NCBI GenBank assembly: GCA_041749335.1
Contig: JBGTBM010000010.1
Coordinates: 221,110 to 285,109, forward strand
Direction of reading: 5' to 3'
DNA: 64,000 nucleotides
Source of the DNA: Patescibacteria group bacterium
GTDB lineage: Bacteria > Patescibacteriota > JABMPQ01
Below the pieces are notes generated by a model. That model made no database searches. It had not been told where the DNA came from and worked only from the letters and a program-made list of their open reading frames with translations. A program made the position numbers and the translations under genes. Of the stretch, positions 27,727-38,138 are shown piece after piece (position 1 is the first letter of the stretch; each line of letters starts with the position of its first letter).

Positions 27727-30700
27727 ATGAAAACACATTATCGTAAAGACAAATTTCGCTTTCCCCAATATTTTCTTAATAAAGAATTTCCAATTTTTAT
27801 TAAGGTTGTGGCAATTCTGATTATTTTGGCCATTATTCTTTTTATTATTGATACCATCGGATTAACCTATAAACCACAAATAGAAATTGATGCCTATACG
27901 GTTAAACACGATATTGATCCTAATTTATATGGATATAGTATCGATTCTAATTTTACTTATAACCAAAACCTAGTAGGCGCCATCAACCAATACGGCGCGC
28001 AATCTATGAGAATTATGGATGAATATGAGCCGGGAGCGCGTATGCTTTTAAAGATTAATAATGGAGCAAGCTATGTTTTAGCTGCCGACAATGTCCCCTA
28101 TGAGCCCAACCGCAATTACCAAGTTAAAATTCAGGTTAATGAAAGCAATATTAAGCTTTGGATAGACGGCAAACAAATTTTTAGTGTTAACGATTCAACC
28201 TACAAAAATGGTGAAATTGGCTTAACCTCAAGCTTTAATCTTAATTCTTATTTTGATAATGTTGTAGTTCGCAATAATGAGAGTAATATCCTTTTTTCTG
28301 ATAATTTTTCCCGCGGCTTCGATAAATGGGAAAACGGCAATATTCCCGGCTTTTATCAACAAGGCGACTGGCTGCTTGACGATGACAGCTTAAAACACGA
28401 AGGCCAGCAGTCTATTACGCTAAAAAAGGCCGGAGATAATAATTGGAGAAATTATACTATCACCGCCGACTTAAAATCGTCAACGCAAAATATTTATGAG
28501 GCTGGGTTTATTGGCATTGTGTTTCGTTATAATGGAATACTGAACAATTATAAATTTTTATGGCGCTCCGGCTTACGACAACCCTTCTCATCTAATAATC
28601 CTTGGGAAATTGCGGACTATGACGGCCAATTCCGCTTTCTCCAAGAAACAAATTTAAAGCCTAATATGGTCATTAATATGCGCGACGATTCCGTCCAATC
28701 AGCCGCTGATTTGGTGCACGAATTAAATATTGAAAAAAAATTAGGAATAAAATATTGGGAGCTCGGCAATGAAATATGGCTGTGGAGCGACTCTTACATC
28801 CACAACGACCAATATGCTCAAAAAGTAAAAAATTATTCCCGAGCCATGAAAGCGGTAGATCCCAGCATAAAAATCGGCGCCACTCTGCTTTTGGGATTTT
28901 CAGACTGGGATAATTTAGTAATTCGCGAAACTGCTCCTTATATTGATTTTATTGTTTTTCATTTTTATCCCTACTACGTTCAAAGCAATATTTCAGATTA
29001 TCATATATTGGGCGCTCCCTATGCGTTCGGCAATAATTTTAAGAATAATAATGGACAAGGCAAGGGTATTGTAGAAAATGCTAAAGATTTAATCAGGAAA
29101 GAGGCGCCAGGGCATGAAAACAGAATTGAATTTGCAGTAACTGAATATAACACCGGAGACTATGATCAAGGAATTGATCTTATTTACGGCTTGGCAGTCG
29201 CAGATCTTTTAGGCGAAGCGGCTAAGCAGGACATTAAACTTATGCAATTTCATAAGCTAGCCAACGAAACCGCCTGGCATTGGGGAGCTTTTACCGAAGA
29301 TTATCGAGCTAAACCGTCTGCGCTGGCGATCTCAATGTACACAAAACACTTCGGCGATAAAATGTTAGATGCCAAAGTAAAAAATACTCCCACCTTTTAC
29401 GTCCCAGAAAAAATTAATGTGCCGGCAATTTCTAATATACCGTACTTGTCGGTTCATGTTAGCCGCAGCAAAGATGATAAAAAATTATATTTGATGGTAA
29501 TTAATAAGCACGCGGCCGCCGATATGCAAACAACTATAAATATTGCCAACGCTAATATTTCCGCGCAGGCAAAAGCCTATACTTTAAACGGACCCTCCAT
29601 CCATTCCGATAATAATTATGCCGATAATGTAGCCATATCGGAGAAAACAATTAATAATGCCAATTCAAAATTTATCTATAATTTTCCGGCTCATTCCGTA
29701 ACCGCGATTGAATTTAATATTGAAAATTTAATTAAGCCCAAAGTACAAACAGCTATAACTGTCCCAAAAAGCGAAATTAAAAATACGCCCGCTACTCCTG
29801 ATATCGGAGGACCATCAGATAATTCTATTCAGACATCTAAAATTGCCGCTTCCGCCGGTTTGGGCGGAAATCCCCATATAAAAACTTTTGACTCTCTGGG
29901 TAATCAATCTCAAGGTAACTTTTTTGCCTATGATCAAAATTTTAAAGGCGGGGTTTCAATAGCTTTATGCGACTTTGAAGGCGATGGAAAAAATGAAGTG
30001 ATAACCGGCGCGGGAGCGGGCGGCGGGCCGCATCTCAGAGCTTTCCGCGAAGACGGAAGAGAAATCGCCAACTTCTTTCCCTTTGATCCGAATTTCCGCG
30101 GCGGTATTGATGTCGCTTGCGGCGATATAGATAAAGACGGGCGCGATGAAATCGTAACTTCTCAAAATTCCCAAGGCCAAGCCTGGATTAAGGTATATCG
30201 CTACGACACGCGAAAAAGTATCATTGGAGAATGGAATGCTTTTGGGCATGTGGAATGTGGCGCGTCTGTGGCAATGGGAGATGTAGACGGAGACGGCACA
30301 GATGAAGTGATTGTTGGAGCGGGAGCAGGAGGCGGGCCACATATTAGAATTTATGAAGCTGACGGCACTCTAAAGCCATTAGAGTTTTTTGCCTTTCATC
30401 CGAACTACCGCGGTGGTATTTCGGTTGCTGCCGGCGATGCGGATGGAGACGGCCAAGATGAAATTGGCGTATCTCAATCCGGTTATGGCGATCAATCCTG
30501 GACCAAGGTATACAAATACAATAACGAGCATTCGGTCTTAGGCGAATGGAAAGCTTACGGCGATGCGATCTTAAGCGCGCATATTGCCATGGGAGATATT
30601 GACGGCGATGGGCGCGCAGAAGTAGTTACTGGAACGGGCTTGGGCGGAGAACCGCTGGTGCTAACTTTTAATGCTTATGGACAAATTAAGCCGGTTAGTT

Positions 30701-30756
30701 TTTACGTATTTGATCGAGCCTTTGTTGGCGGAATTGAAGTAGATGTTAAAAAATAA
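27727..30756 (+). CDS. membrane-anchored surface protein: two ConA-like jelly-roll domains + clan GH-A glycoside hydrolase TIM barrel + FG-GAP/VCBS beta-propeller repeats
   Basis: 1009 aa; N-terminal TM FPIFIKVVAILIILAIILFIID; DUF1080/LamG-like blocks; catalytic-looking IKYWELGNEIW (acid/base NE) and FAVTEYNTGD (nucleophile E); five repeats of the type CDFEGDGKNEVITGAGAGGGPHLRAF and MGDVDGDGTDEVIVGAGAGGGPHIRIY. Confidence 0.7.
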   Translation: MKTHYRKDKFRFPQYFLNKEFPIFIKVVAILIILAIILFIIDTIGLTYKPQIEIDAYTVKHDIDPNLYGYSIDSNFTYNQNLVGAINQYGAQSMRIMDEYEPGARMLLKINNGASYVLAADNVPYEPNRNYQVKIQVNESNIKLWIDGKQIFSVNDSTYKNGEIGLTSSFNLNSYFDNVVVRNNESNILFSDNFSRGFDKWENGNIPGFYQQGDWLLDDDSLKHEGQQSITLKKAGDNNWRNYTITADLKSSTQNIYEAGFIGIVFRYNGILNNYKFLWRSGLRQPFSSNNPWEIADYDGQFRFLQETNLKPNMVINMRDDSVQSAADLVHELNIEKKLGIKYWELGNEIWLWSDSYIHNDQYAQKVKNYSRAMKAVDPSIKIGATLLLGFSDWDNLVIRETAPYIDFIVFHFYPYYVQSNISDYHILGAPYAFGNNFKNNNGQGKGIVENAKDLIRKEAPGHENRIEFAVTEYNTGDYDQGIDLIYGLAVADLLGEAAKQDIKLMQFHKLANETAWHWGAFTEDYRAKPSALAISMYTKHFGDKMLDAKVKNTPTFYVPEKINVPAISNIPYLSVHVSRSKDDKKLYLMVINKHAAADMQTTINIANANISAQAKAYTLNGPSIHSDNNYADNVAISEKTINNANSKFIYNFPAHSVTAIEFNIENLIKPKVQTAITVPKSEIKNTPATPDIGGPSDNSIQTSKIAASAGLGGNPHIKTFDSLGNQSQGNFFAYDQNFKGGVSIALCDFEGDGKNEVITGAGAGGGPHLRAFREDGREIANFFPFDPNFRGGIDVACGDIDKDGRDEIVTSQNSQGQAWIKVYRYDTRKSIIGEWNAFGHVECGASVAMGDVDGDGTDEVIVGAGAGGGPHIRIYEADGTLKPLEFFAFHPNYRGGISVAAGDADGDGQDEIGVSQSGYGDQSWTKVYKYNNEHSVLGEWKAYGDAILSAHIAMGDIDGDGRAEVVTGTGLGGEPLVLTFNAYGQIKPVSFYVFDRAFVGGIEVDVKK

Positions 30757-30816
30757 TTAAATCAATAAAAAACTCAGTTCTAAATATTTTGGACTGAGTT
30801 TTGTTTTACTGAAAAA

Positions 30817-32034
30817 TTAAATAAGCTTATTATATTCCGTAATTAACTTTGTGTAATACTGCTCGGAATCTAAATTAATTTCTGCAAATTGTTTGGCATT
30901 CTCTCCCATTTTTTGCGCCCGATCCGGCTCTTTGCCAATTTCAATGATTTTATTTTTTAAATCCCGCCAGTCGCCCGCCTTGAAAAGCATGCCCGTCTGA
31001 CCATGCTTCACCAATTCAGGTAGCGCGCCAATATCAGACGCAATTACTGTTTTGCCTTGAGCAAACGATTCGGCAATCGTTAAACCAAATGTCTCGTAAT
31101 TTCTTGAAGGCACCATGACATATTTTGCCCCCCTAATAGCTTTAGTCAAATTTTCACCGGCCAAATATCCAACAAACTCAATGTTATTCAAATTATTCTT
31201 TTTAACAAAATTTTTATAAATATTCTCGTGCGGACCGGTGCCGGCAATCATTAGCCTGTCATTTTTTAGATATTGATAGGCTTTTAATAAATCCATTAGT
31301 CCCTTTTCTTTTATCAATCTGCCGAAATATAAAGCATATTCGCCTGCTTGGCTTGATAAATTTTTTATACCCAAATTAACAAAATGCGGCAGTACAATTA
31401 TTTTTTTGCCGGGCCAGCCATATTCAACCAATTTGTTCCGAACAAACTCGCTGGGACAAATATATAAATCAATATTATTACGATAAATTTTGAGAAGCCG
31501 ATGTAAATACATTTCAACCATATTAACTTTGCTGGCTGCGTAAGAATTTTTGGCGCACCGATGCAGAACACAATTGTAAAACTTGTTCACCTTACATCTT
31601 TCACAGACTTCGCCTTCAGTAAAAAAACTATATACCGGGCATAAAAGCTTAAAATCATGCACTGACATTACTATCGGAATTTTTTTGTCTTTTAAAACCG
31701 TAAGGATTGAAGGGGAAATTTGATGATAAATATTATGAATATGAGCCAGATCGATTTTCTCGTCAGCCAATAAATTTTTTAATTTTCTTTGTGCTTCCCA
31801 CGAATATAAAATCCGTCCGGCCGCCTTGACATCCTGCCAAGAAAACCCGGCCTTCTCGATATTAATCGGACTGACAAAATATTTTTTATAGGGCGTAGGT
31901 TCATTTTTAATATCTTCCATAGCAAAAGGAATAACCCGAAGACCCCTTTTCACTAATAAATCACTAAGGTTAAAATAATACCTTTCCGCTCCCCCTTTTA
32001 GATAATAGAATTTATTTATTTGTAGAATATTCAT
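30817..32034 (-). CDS. glycosyltransferase family 4
   Basis: 405 aa; C-terminal SRNYETFGLTIAESFAQGKTVIASDIGALPELV GT4 motif. Confidence 0.8.
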   Translation of the reverse strand: MNILQINKFYYLKGGAERYYFNLSDLLVKRGLRVIPFAMEDIKNEPTPYKKYFVSPINIEKAGFSWQDVKAAGRILYSWEAQRKLKNLLADEKIDLAHIHNIYHQISPSILTVLKDKKIPIVMSVHDFKLLCPVYSFFTEGEVCERCKVNKFYNCVLHRCAKNSYAASKVNMVEMYLHRLLKIYRNNIDLYICPSEFVRNKLVEYGWPGKKIIVLPHFVNLGIKNLSSQAGEYALYFGRLIKEKGLMDLLKAYQYLKNDRLMIAGTGPHENIYKNFVKKNNLNNIEFVGYLAGENLTKAIRGAKYVMVPSRNYETFGLTIAESFAQGKTVIASDIGALPELVKHGQTGMLFKAGDWRDLKNKIIEIGKEPDRAQKMGENAKQFAEINLDSEQYYTKLITEYNKLI

Positions 32035-32078
32035 TTATGCTCTAATAAATAATTGTTAAACCCGATCACATTCTAAAT

Positions 32079-33005
32079 TTATATTTTTTTATTTACATTT
32101 ATTGCCTTTATTTCTTTCTTTGCTTTTATATATTCTCGCATGCTTATTTTATTTTCTTCTTTAAATATTGATAATATATAATTTTTTAGGATCAACAAGT
32201 TGGTACGCAGTAATATTAAAAATTTCAATATCGCTGCATTCATCATATATTTCTTGAAATAATACAGCAAGCTTTTTGCCTCGTTTACTACTGAACGAGA
32301 AAAATCGGATTTGGCGCTATGTCCATGATGATGGATTACCTCGGCCTTGGGATAATAAATAATTTTGAATCCGGCACGATTGGCTCTTTTGCAAAAATCC
32401 ACATCTTCCACATACATAAACATATTTTCGTCCAACATGCCGATGCTTTGCATTACCGCTTTTTTGATTAACATAAATCCACCCGACACCCAATCCACTA
32501 TTCGCGGATAAGAATATTTTTTCTGCTTTAATTTATGGCTGGGTATTATTTTGCCATAAGGAAAGATTTTGTATAAAAAAGTGCTAAACAATAATTCGGT
32601 CTTAAGCGTAGGATAATTTCCGAAGGATGGCTGCAGGCGATTATCCGGATAAACAAATTTGCAGCCTAAAATTCCAGCCTCATTATCCAAGTTCAAATAT
32701 TTTAAACTGTCGGTTATCGCGTCCCCGACTACCACCATGTCCGGATTCATTAAAAGAACAGCCTTGCCTTGGCTCATTTTTATTCCCCTATTTACCGCCT
32801 TGGCAAAACCCAAATTCTCTCCAGTTTCAACCAGCTTAACTTGGGGAAATTCATTTTTAATAACCGCAACCGTTTGATCTTGTGAATTATTGTCTAACAA
32901 AATTACTTCAAAATTTAAGCCTTGAGTGTTTTGATAAATAGAATTCAGGCAATTTTTGATTACTTTTTCTGACTGATAAGTAACAATTATTATCGATAAA
33001 TCCAT
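32079..33005 (-). CDS. glycosyltransferase family 2
   Basis: 308 aa; MDLSIIIVTYQSEKVIKNCLNSI ... LLDNNSQDQT ... NPDMVV (DxD) ... typical GT2 (GT-A) N-terminal half. Confidence 0.85.
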   Translation of the reverse strand: MDLSIIIVTYQSEKVIKNCLNSIYQNTQGLNFEVILLDNNSQDQTVAVIKNEFPQVKLVETGENLGFAKAVNRGIKMSQGKAVLLMNPDMVVVGDAITDSLKYLNLDNEAGILGCKFVYPDNRLQPSFGNYPTLKTELLFSTFLYKIFPYGKIIPSHKLKQKKYSYPRIVDWVSGGFMLIKKAVMQSIGMLDENMFMYVEDVDFCKRANRAGFKIIYYPKAEVIHHHGHSAKSDFSRSVVNEAKSLLYYFKKYMMNAAILKFLILLRTNLLILKNYILSIFKEENKISMREYIKAKKEIKAINVNKKI

Positions 33006-33006
33006 A

Positions 33007-34443
33007 TTATTTAATTTTTTTTATTTTATTCGTATCAATCAAATATCCTGATGAAATTACCACACCCAAAAATATCCAAAATAAAATTACAAAAAGGTTG
33101 ATATCGAAATACACTCCGAAATTCGCGCCGACAAAAAATAAAATATAACACGCAATAAATCCCAAAACAATCGGTCGCAATTCAGTAGCCTTTTTTAAAA
33201 TATTGATTGTTCTAGCGGCAAAAATTGTCTGGAAAGCGGCAAAGGAAATAAATCCCAATAATCCCATCTGTAAAGCTATTCCGATAAAATTATTATGTAA
33301 ATCCCGAATCTCTATGCGCGCGGGAAAGCCGAAATAATCAAATGTCAGCTTCCGGCCGAAACCGATTCCCAGCACCGGACTTTCCACAAATGTCTCCCAA
33401 GCTTCCTGCCAAGCCAAAAGCCTAAAGGCGGCGCTTTCATCTTCCAAAGATAATGTTAGTGATTGGACCCTGACAATAGTGGTTTTATAAAAATCACTGA
33501 CAAACTCCGGAAACTTTCCCGAAGATAAATAATCAAACCAAACATATAAAGACGCCAGCATAATTACCAAAAAAAGCTGAATCGCAACGATTTTAATTAA
33601 GCTTTTTTTATTCGTGCGTGAAAGCAGTAAAAAAGAAACAAAAACAGCTAGCGCCAAACCAATCCATAAATGCCTGGTTAAAGAACCGACTATGCCCACC
33701 AACATAATCAACACCACGGGAATAGTCATATTGCCAAATAATTTCTTGCCATGGGCAATAAAATTTAAAATTAATACTACCGCCACGCATAAATAAAACG
33801 CATGCGTTGGCGCCAAAAGCCTAGTACCAACTGTAGATAAGGGAGTATATTCAATCCACAAACCGGCGCCTCTAAATACTCCATAAAAAACGAAAAAGAA
33901 TAATGCCACGCCGCTGCCGATAAAAATATAAGTTAATCTTTTTATCTGCTCTTTGGTCCTAATAATATTAATTGTCAAAAAAAACATGATCGCGTAAATG
34001 CCATAGTTCTTTAAAGTACTAAAAGCTTCATTAAATTCTCCCCCGCCCGCTATTCCCAAACCAAAGGATACAACGCAAAATAAAGTAAAAATTATGATAG
34101 CAATCCCTGTGCGCGAAACTCTTAACTTTTCCCGATGAGATCTAATATAATGAATTAAATAGCTTAAAATCGTAACAATTATAATAATATCCAAGGGATA
34201 AAGTTTATACGTATTTTCCTGAAATACCAGCGGCAATAAAGTAAAAAACCTCTCAAAAATAATCGTGCATATTATTATTGTGTAAAGTCCGGATTCCGGT
34301 TTTTGAAATATATAGAAGGAGGCGAAAGCCAAGCAAAATGCATAAAAATAGATATTAAAAGGAATAAAAAAGGTTGATATGATAAAAATACCCAGGGAAA
34401 TTGATGCCACGATCGCGTAAATTACCTCTTTGGAGATCTTCAT
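33007..34443 (-). CDS. polytopic membrane protein, O-antigen ligase/polymerase-like (Wzy/WaaL family)
   Basis: 478 aa with about 10-12 predicted TM helices and a periplasmic loop; sits between GT genes in the glycan locus. Family assignment by context and topology only. Confidence 0.45.
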   Translation of the reverse strand: MKISKEVIYAIVASISLGIFIISTFFIPFNIYFYAFCLAFASFYIFQKPESGLYTIIICTIIFERFFTLLPLVFQENTYKLYPLDIIIIVTILSYLIHYIRSHREKLRVSRTGIAIIIFTLFCVVSFGLGIAGGGEFNEAFSTLKNYGIYAIMFFLTINIIRTKEQIKRLTYIFIGSGVALFFFVFYGVFRGAGLWIEYTPLSTVGTRLLAPTHAFYLCVAVVLILNFIAHGKKLFGNMTIPVVLIMLVGIVGSLTRHLWIGLALAVFVSFLLLSRTNKKSLIKIVAIQLFLVIMLASLYVWFDYLSSGKFPEFVSDFYKTTIVRVQSLTLSLEDESAAFRLLAWQEAWETFVESPVLGIGFGRKLTFDYFGFPARIEIRDLHNNFIGIALQMGLLGFISFAAFQTIFAARTINILKKATELRPIVLGFIACYILFFVGANFGVYFDINLFVILFWIFLGVVISSGYLIDTNKIKKIK

Positions 34444-34548
34444 GTGAATAAGTTTATGTTTATATTATTTTACCACAATTTTAGTCAAAAAACAAGTTAG
34501 ATTCTGTTGCAACTTTTTACTACACAACCTTGATTATTTTATAAAGTA

Positions 34549-35862
34549 TTGGTAAAATTAAGTACTATGAAATATTATATAAAAACATTCGGCTGCCAAA
34601 TGAATATTTCAGACTCTGAAAGAATATCAGCGCTTTTGGAAAATATTGGCTATAAGCCCGCAAGCAAAGCCGATAAGGCTGATTTGATATTGATCAATAC
34701 CTGTTCGGTGCGCAGATCAGCTGAAGATAGAGCATTTGGCGCTTTAAAAAATTGCCAAAAATTGAAAGAAAAAAATCCCGGCCTATTAGTCGCAGTTACC
34801 GGCTGTTTTGCCAGCAAGGAGCCCCAGCGTCTAAAAGGCAAAGCCGATATTATTTTTGATATTACCCAATTATTCACCTTGCCAAAAATTATCAAAACTC
34901 ACATCAATAAAATAAAATTTAATATTCAGGAAGATTTATATAAAAATTACGATTATTTAAAAATAAGCCCTAATTACAGTTCTCACTATCGCGCTTATGT
35001 GCCGGTTATGACAGGATGCAATAATTTTTGCAGCTATTGTGTTGTCCCTTATGCTCGAGGAAGAGAATACAGCCGCAACAGCAAGGATATTGTGGAGGAA
35101 ATTAAAGGGCTGGTGGATAAAGGATATAAAGCCATTACGCTCGTGGGGCAAAATGTTAATTCATATTTAGATAAAAGTCTCTACGGAAAGAGCACTGATT
35201 TCCCCAAATTGCTTAAGAAAGTAAACGACATTCCGGGGGACTTCTGGATTTGGTTTATCACCTCCCATCCCAAAGATATGTCAGATGAACTTTTAGACAC
35301 GATTGCCGGCAGCCAAAAAGTATGTAACTATATCCACCTGCCCGTTCAATCCGGCAGCAATGCCATTCTTAAATCCATGAACCGGGAATATACCAGAGAA
35401 CATTACTTAAATTTAATTGATAAAATTAAAAGTAAATTAGAATATGCTTCGCTATCTACCGATACGATTGTGGGCTATCCTAACGAAACCGAAAAACAAT
35501 TCAATCAAACCGTAGAACTTTATAAACAAGTAAAATATGACATGGCCTATATCGCCCAGTACTCTGCGCGGCCGGGAACAGCCGCTTCTAAACTTGAAGA
35601 TAATGTTCCCTGCGAAGAAAAAAAACGCCGCAAAAACATATTAACCGATATTTTAATCAGCACCGCCATAGAAAATAATCAGCAGCTATTAAATAAAAAT
35701 ATTAATGTATTGGTGGAAAAATATAAAACGGGAACCTTGATCGGTAAAACCATGACATTTAAAACCGTGACTTTCCCCGGCAAAAAGAATCTGGTCGGAA
35801 GCTTTGCTAAAGTTAAAATTTTAAAAGCTAAAGACTGGGGCATTGAGGGAAAAATAATCTAA
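34549..35862 (+). CDS. miaB: tRNA-i6A37 methylthiotransferase (radical SAM)
   Basis: 437 aa; MKYYIKTFGCQMNISDSE UPF0004 domain; radical-SAM CNNFCSYCVVPYARG; TRAM domain. True start may be the internal ATG at 34567. Confidence 0.9.
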   Translation: MVKLSTMKYYIKTFGCQMNISDSERISALLENIGYKPASKADKADLILINTCSVRRSAEDRAFGALKNCQKLKEKNPGLLVAVTGCFASKEPQRLKGKADIIFDITQLFTLPKIIKTHINKIKFNIQEDLYKNYDYLKISPNYSSHYRAYVPVMTGCNNFCSYCVVPYARGREYSRNSKDIVEEIKGLVDKGYKAITLVGQNVNSYLDKSLYGKSTDFPKLLKKVNDIPGDFWIWFITSHPKDMSDELLDTIAGSQKVCNYIHLPVQSGSNAILKSMNREYTREHYLNLIDKIKSKLEYASLSTDTIVGYPNETEKQFNQTVELYKQVKYDMAYIAQYSARPGTAASKLEDNVPCEEKKRRKNILTDILISTAIENNQQLLNKNINVLVEKYKTGTLIGKTMTFKTVTFPGKKNLVGSFAKVKILKAKDWGIEGKII

Positions 35863-35957
35863 GATATAAGGTACAAATAAATTTATTAATATTTTTTGTT
35901 TTTTGTTGCTTGTATTTTGTATCTTAATTACTTAAACATTCATTTATTATCCATATT

Positions 35958-36848
35958 ATGAAATCAAAACTGCCAAAAATTGTCGTTATTTTTGCTCCGA
36001 CCGCTTCCGGCAAGTCTGATTTAGCGATTCGTATTGCTCAAGAAAAAAACGGCGAAATTGTCTCCGCCGATTCCCGCCAAATTTACCGCGGCATGGATAT
36101 AGGCACGGCCAAGGAACCGCTGGATAAAAATCAAGCGGGGTTTGAGCCGGATCGTGAAATTAAATATTTTTATTACGGTTTGGTTAGAAAAATACCTCAT
36201 TACATGATAGATATAGTTGATCCCAACGAAGCATATACGCTGGCCAATTACCAAAAAGACGCGGCTAAAGTTATTGATAATATTTTAGAAAGAAAGAGAT
36301 TACCGATTTTGGTTGGCGGTACCGGGCTTTATATTCAAGCCATTGCCCAAAATTTGAAAATACCCAAAGCCAAGCCGGATTTGAAATTACGCCGGAAGTT
36401 AAATGATAAAGACATTAAAGAGTTGGCTGAAATATATTATAAACTGGATCCGGATGGTTTTAAAGATATTGACTTAAATAATAAAAGACGCTTAATCAGA
36501 GCAATTGAGGTAACAAAGCTAACCAATATTCCTTATTCAAGACAAGTTAAAAAAAATAAGCCCAAATATAATATTGAGATGATTGATATTGGGATGGATC
36601 GCGCTAAATTATACGAAATCATTAATCAAAGAGTGGACGATATGGTTGACGGCGGCCTGATTAACGAAGTAAAAAATTTAATAAAAAAATACCCGCAAAA
36701 TTTACCAGCCTTCACAGGTATTGGATATAAAGAATTTATTGAGTATCTGAATAAAGCAATTGCTAAAGAAGAAGCGATAGAGTTAATCAAACGAAATTCC
36801 CGAAGATATGCTAAAAGACAAATGACGTGGATGAAGAGAGAGGAATAA
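35958..36848 (+). CDS. miaA: tRNA dimethylallyltransferase
   Basis: 296 aa; P-loop IVVIFAPTASGKSDLAI; VSADSRQIYRGMDIGTAK. Confidence 0.9.
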   Translation: MKSKLPKIVVIFAPTASGKSDLAIRIAQEKNGEIVSADSRQIYRGMDIGTAKEPLDKNQAGFEPDREIKYFYYGLVRKIPHYMIDIVDPNEAYTLANYQKDAAKVIDNILERKRLPILVGGTGLYIQAIAQNLKIPKAKPDLKLRRKLNDKDIKELAEIYYKLDPDGFKDIDLNNKRRLIRAIEVTKLTNIPYSRQVKKNKPKYNIEMIDIGMDRAKLYEIINQRVDDMVDGGLINEVKNLIKKYPQNLPAFTGIGYKEFIEYLNKAIAKEEAIELIKRNSRRYAKRQMTWMKREE

Positions 36849-36854
36849 TTTTTA

Positions 36855-38012
36855 TTAGTGCAAAACGACCCAGCTACTGCCATCGCATACCCTTAATTTA
36901 TCGGTTGAATCATCAAACCAAAGCATACCTTTGGTAAAATTATCAGCACATGTATAAGGTGCGCTATTATATGGTAATATTGTTAATGTTCCAACTACTG
37001 AAGAATTGTCCGACTGGACTTTTCCAATACTATAATTAGATCCGATTATAGTTTGAGCATCAATACTGGCATTTACATCAATGGTATTAACATCATTCAA
37101 ACTATGATTACCCATTTCAATATCACCCGACATTGTTCCACCTGCTAAAGGTAGGTACTGACTTACGGTAATATTATCCGGAATATCAGCATCCGCAAGT
37201 CCGGATACTCCGTTGACAGCCAGGTTGCCAGTCAAGACCCCCCCCGTTAATTGAAGATACCTGCCATCAGACTGTGCCTTAGTATAATAGTCGCCCGTAG
37301 AAAGTCCAGTTACCGTTGCTTCGCTAAAATCGACATCGCCAGTAAATTTCACATCATTGCCTTCTAATAAACCGCTAAATTTAGCATTATTTCCCTGCAA
37401 AGAACCGCTCAGCTCTACATCAACACCCTGTAACATTCCAGATAAATATAAATCGTTCCAGCGTTTATTTGCAGATCCTAAATTATTAATATCATCCTTG
37501 GTCGGATACATTGAATCGGAAACAAATAAGGGATCATCGCCATCAATTATTCCTTTTTTAGTGCCACCCCATATTTCCCTACCAACCATAAAATCTTCAC
37601 CATATAAATATCCCGCCAAATAAAGATCTTTCCATCTTTTATCATCAAACCCCAAATTATATGCATTAGTGTCTGTTGGCGTTAAAGAATCAGAAAATTT
37701 AAGCGGCTGGCCATCGGCTTGCCCCTTGCTGGGACCGCGCCAAATTTCACCATCAATCCGCAAATCATCGCCGATCGTAACCGGAATTTGCGGACCGACA
37801 TTAATAATCGTGCCATTGAAGTAAGTAACTCCACCCACTCCTTCATAGCCTACACGCAACGAGCTGACTTGCAAGGAGCCATTAACTGTCATATTCTCAT
37901 TATAAACAATGCTAGCTGGCTGGATCATTTCCGCGGTAGAAGCGTTGGTTGCGCTAGCAAACAAAGCTAAAGCTGTAATTCCTAAAGTTAAACCTAATAT
38001 TTTTGTTTTCAT
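36855..38012 (-). CDS. secreted surface protein, paralog 3; contains an in-frame G8 coding homopolymer
   Basis: Signal peptide MKTKILGLTLGITALALFASATNA; N-terminal block IQPASIVYNE..GVGGVTYFNGTIINV..DGEIWRGPSKG..PLKFSD shared with paralogs 1 and 2; currently an intact 385-aa frame. Confidence 0.6.
   Translation of the reverse strand: MKTKILGLTLGITALALFASATNASTAEMIQPASIVYNENMTVNGSLQVSSLRVGYEGVGGVTYFNGTIINVGPQIPVTIGDDLRIDGEIWRGPSKGQADGQPLKFSDSLTPTDTNAYNLGFDDKRWKDLYLAGYLYGEDFMVGREIWGGTKKGIIDGDDPLFVSDSMYPTKDDINNLGSANKRWNDLYLSGMLQGVDVELSGSLQGNNAKFSGLLEGNDVKFTGDVDFSEATVTGLSTGDYYTKAQSDGRYLQLTGGVLTGNLAVNGVSGLADADIPDNITVSQYLPLAGGTMSGDIEMGNHSLNDVNTIDVNASIDAQTIIGSNYSIGKVQSDNSSVVGTLTILPYNSAPYTCADNFTKGMLWFDDSTDKLRVCDGSSWVVLH
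37238..37245 (-). repeat. C8 (G8 on sense strand) homopolymer inside the paralog 3 coding sequence
   Basis: caagaCCCCCCCCgttaat; sense ACG GGG GGG GTC encodes TGGV in LQLTGGVLTGN. Confidence 0.6.
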
Positions 38013-38138
38013 GTTTATTTGTCAATTATTATTTTAATTTATTATACAGTATTTTGTGATTATAGTTAAATTCATTTTCATGCTTCTTATAACATAGCCG
38101 ATAAAATAAAACATGTAATAGTTTAAGAAAACAATCAG

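Noticed and set aside
29800-30700. GC-rich segment inside the FG-GAP gene considered as horizontally acquired DNA
   Set aside because: The elevated GC is explained by Gly/Ala/Asp-rich FG-GAP repeats using GGC/GGG/GCG codons within a single continuous ORF whose 5' half is typical low-GC. Unlike the DHH gene, it is not a discrete gene-sized compositional island.
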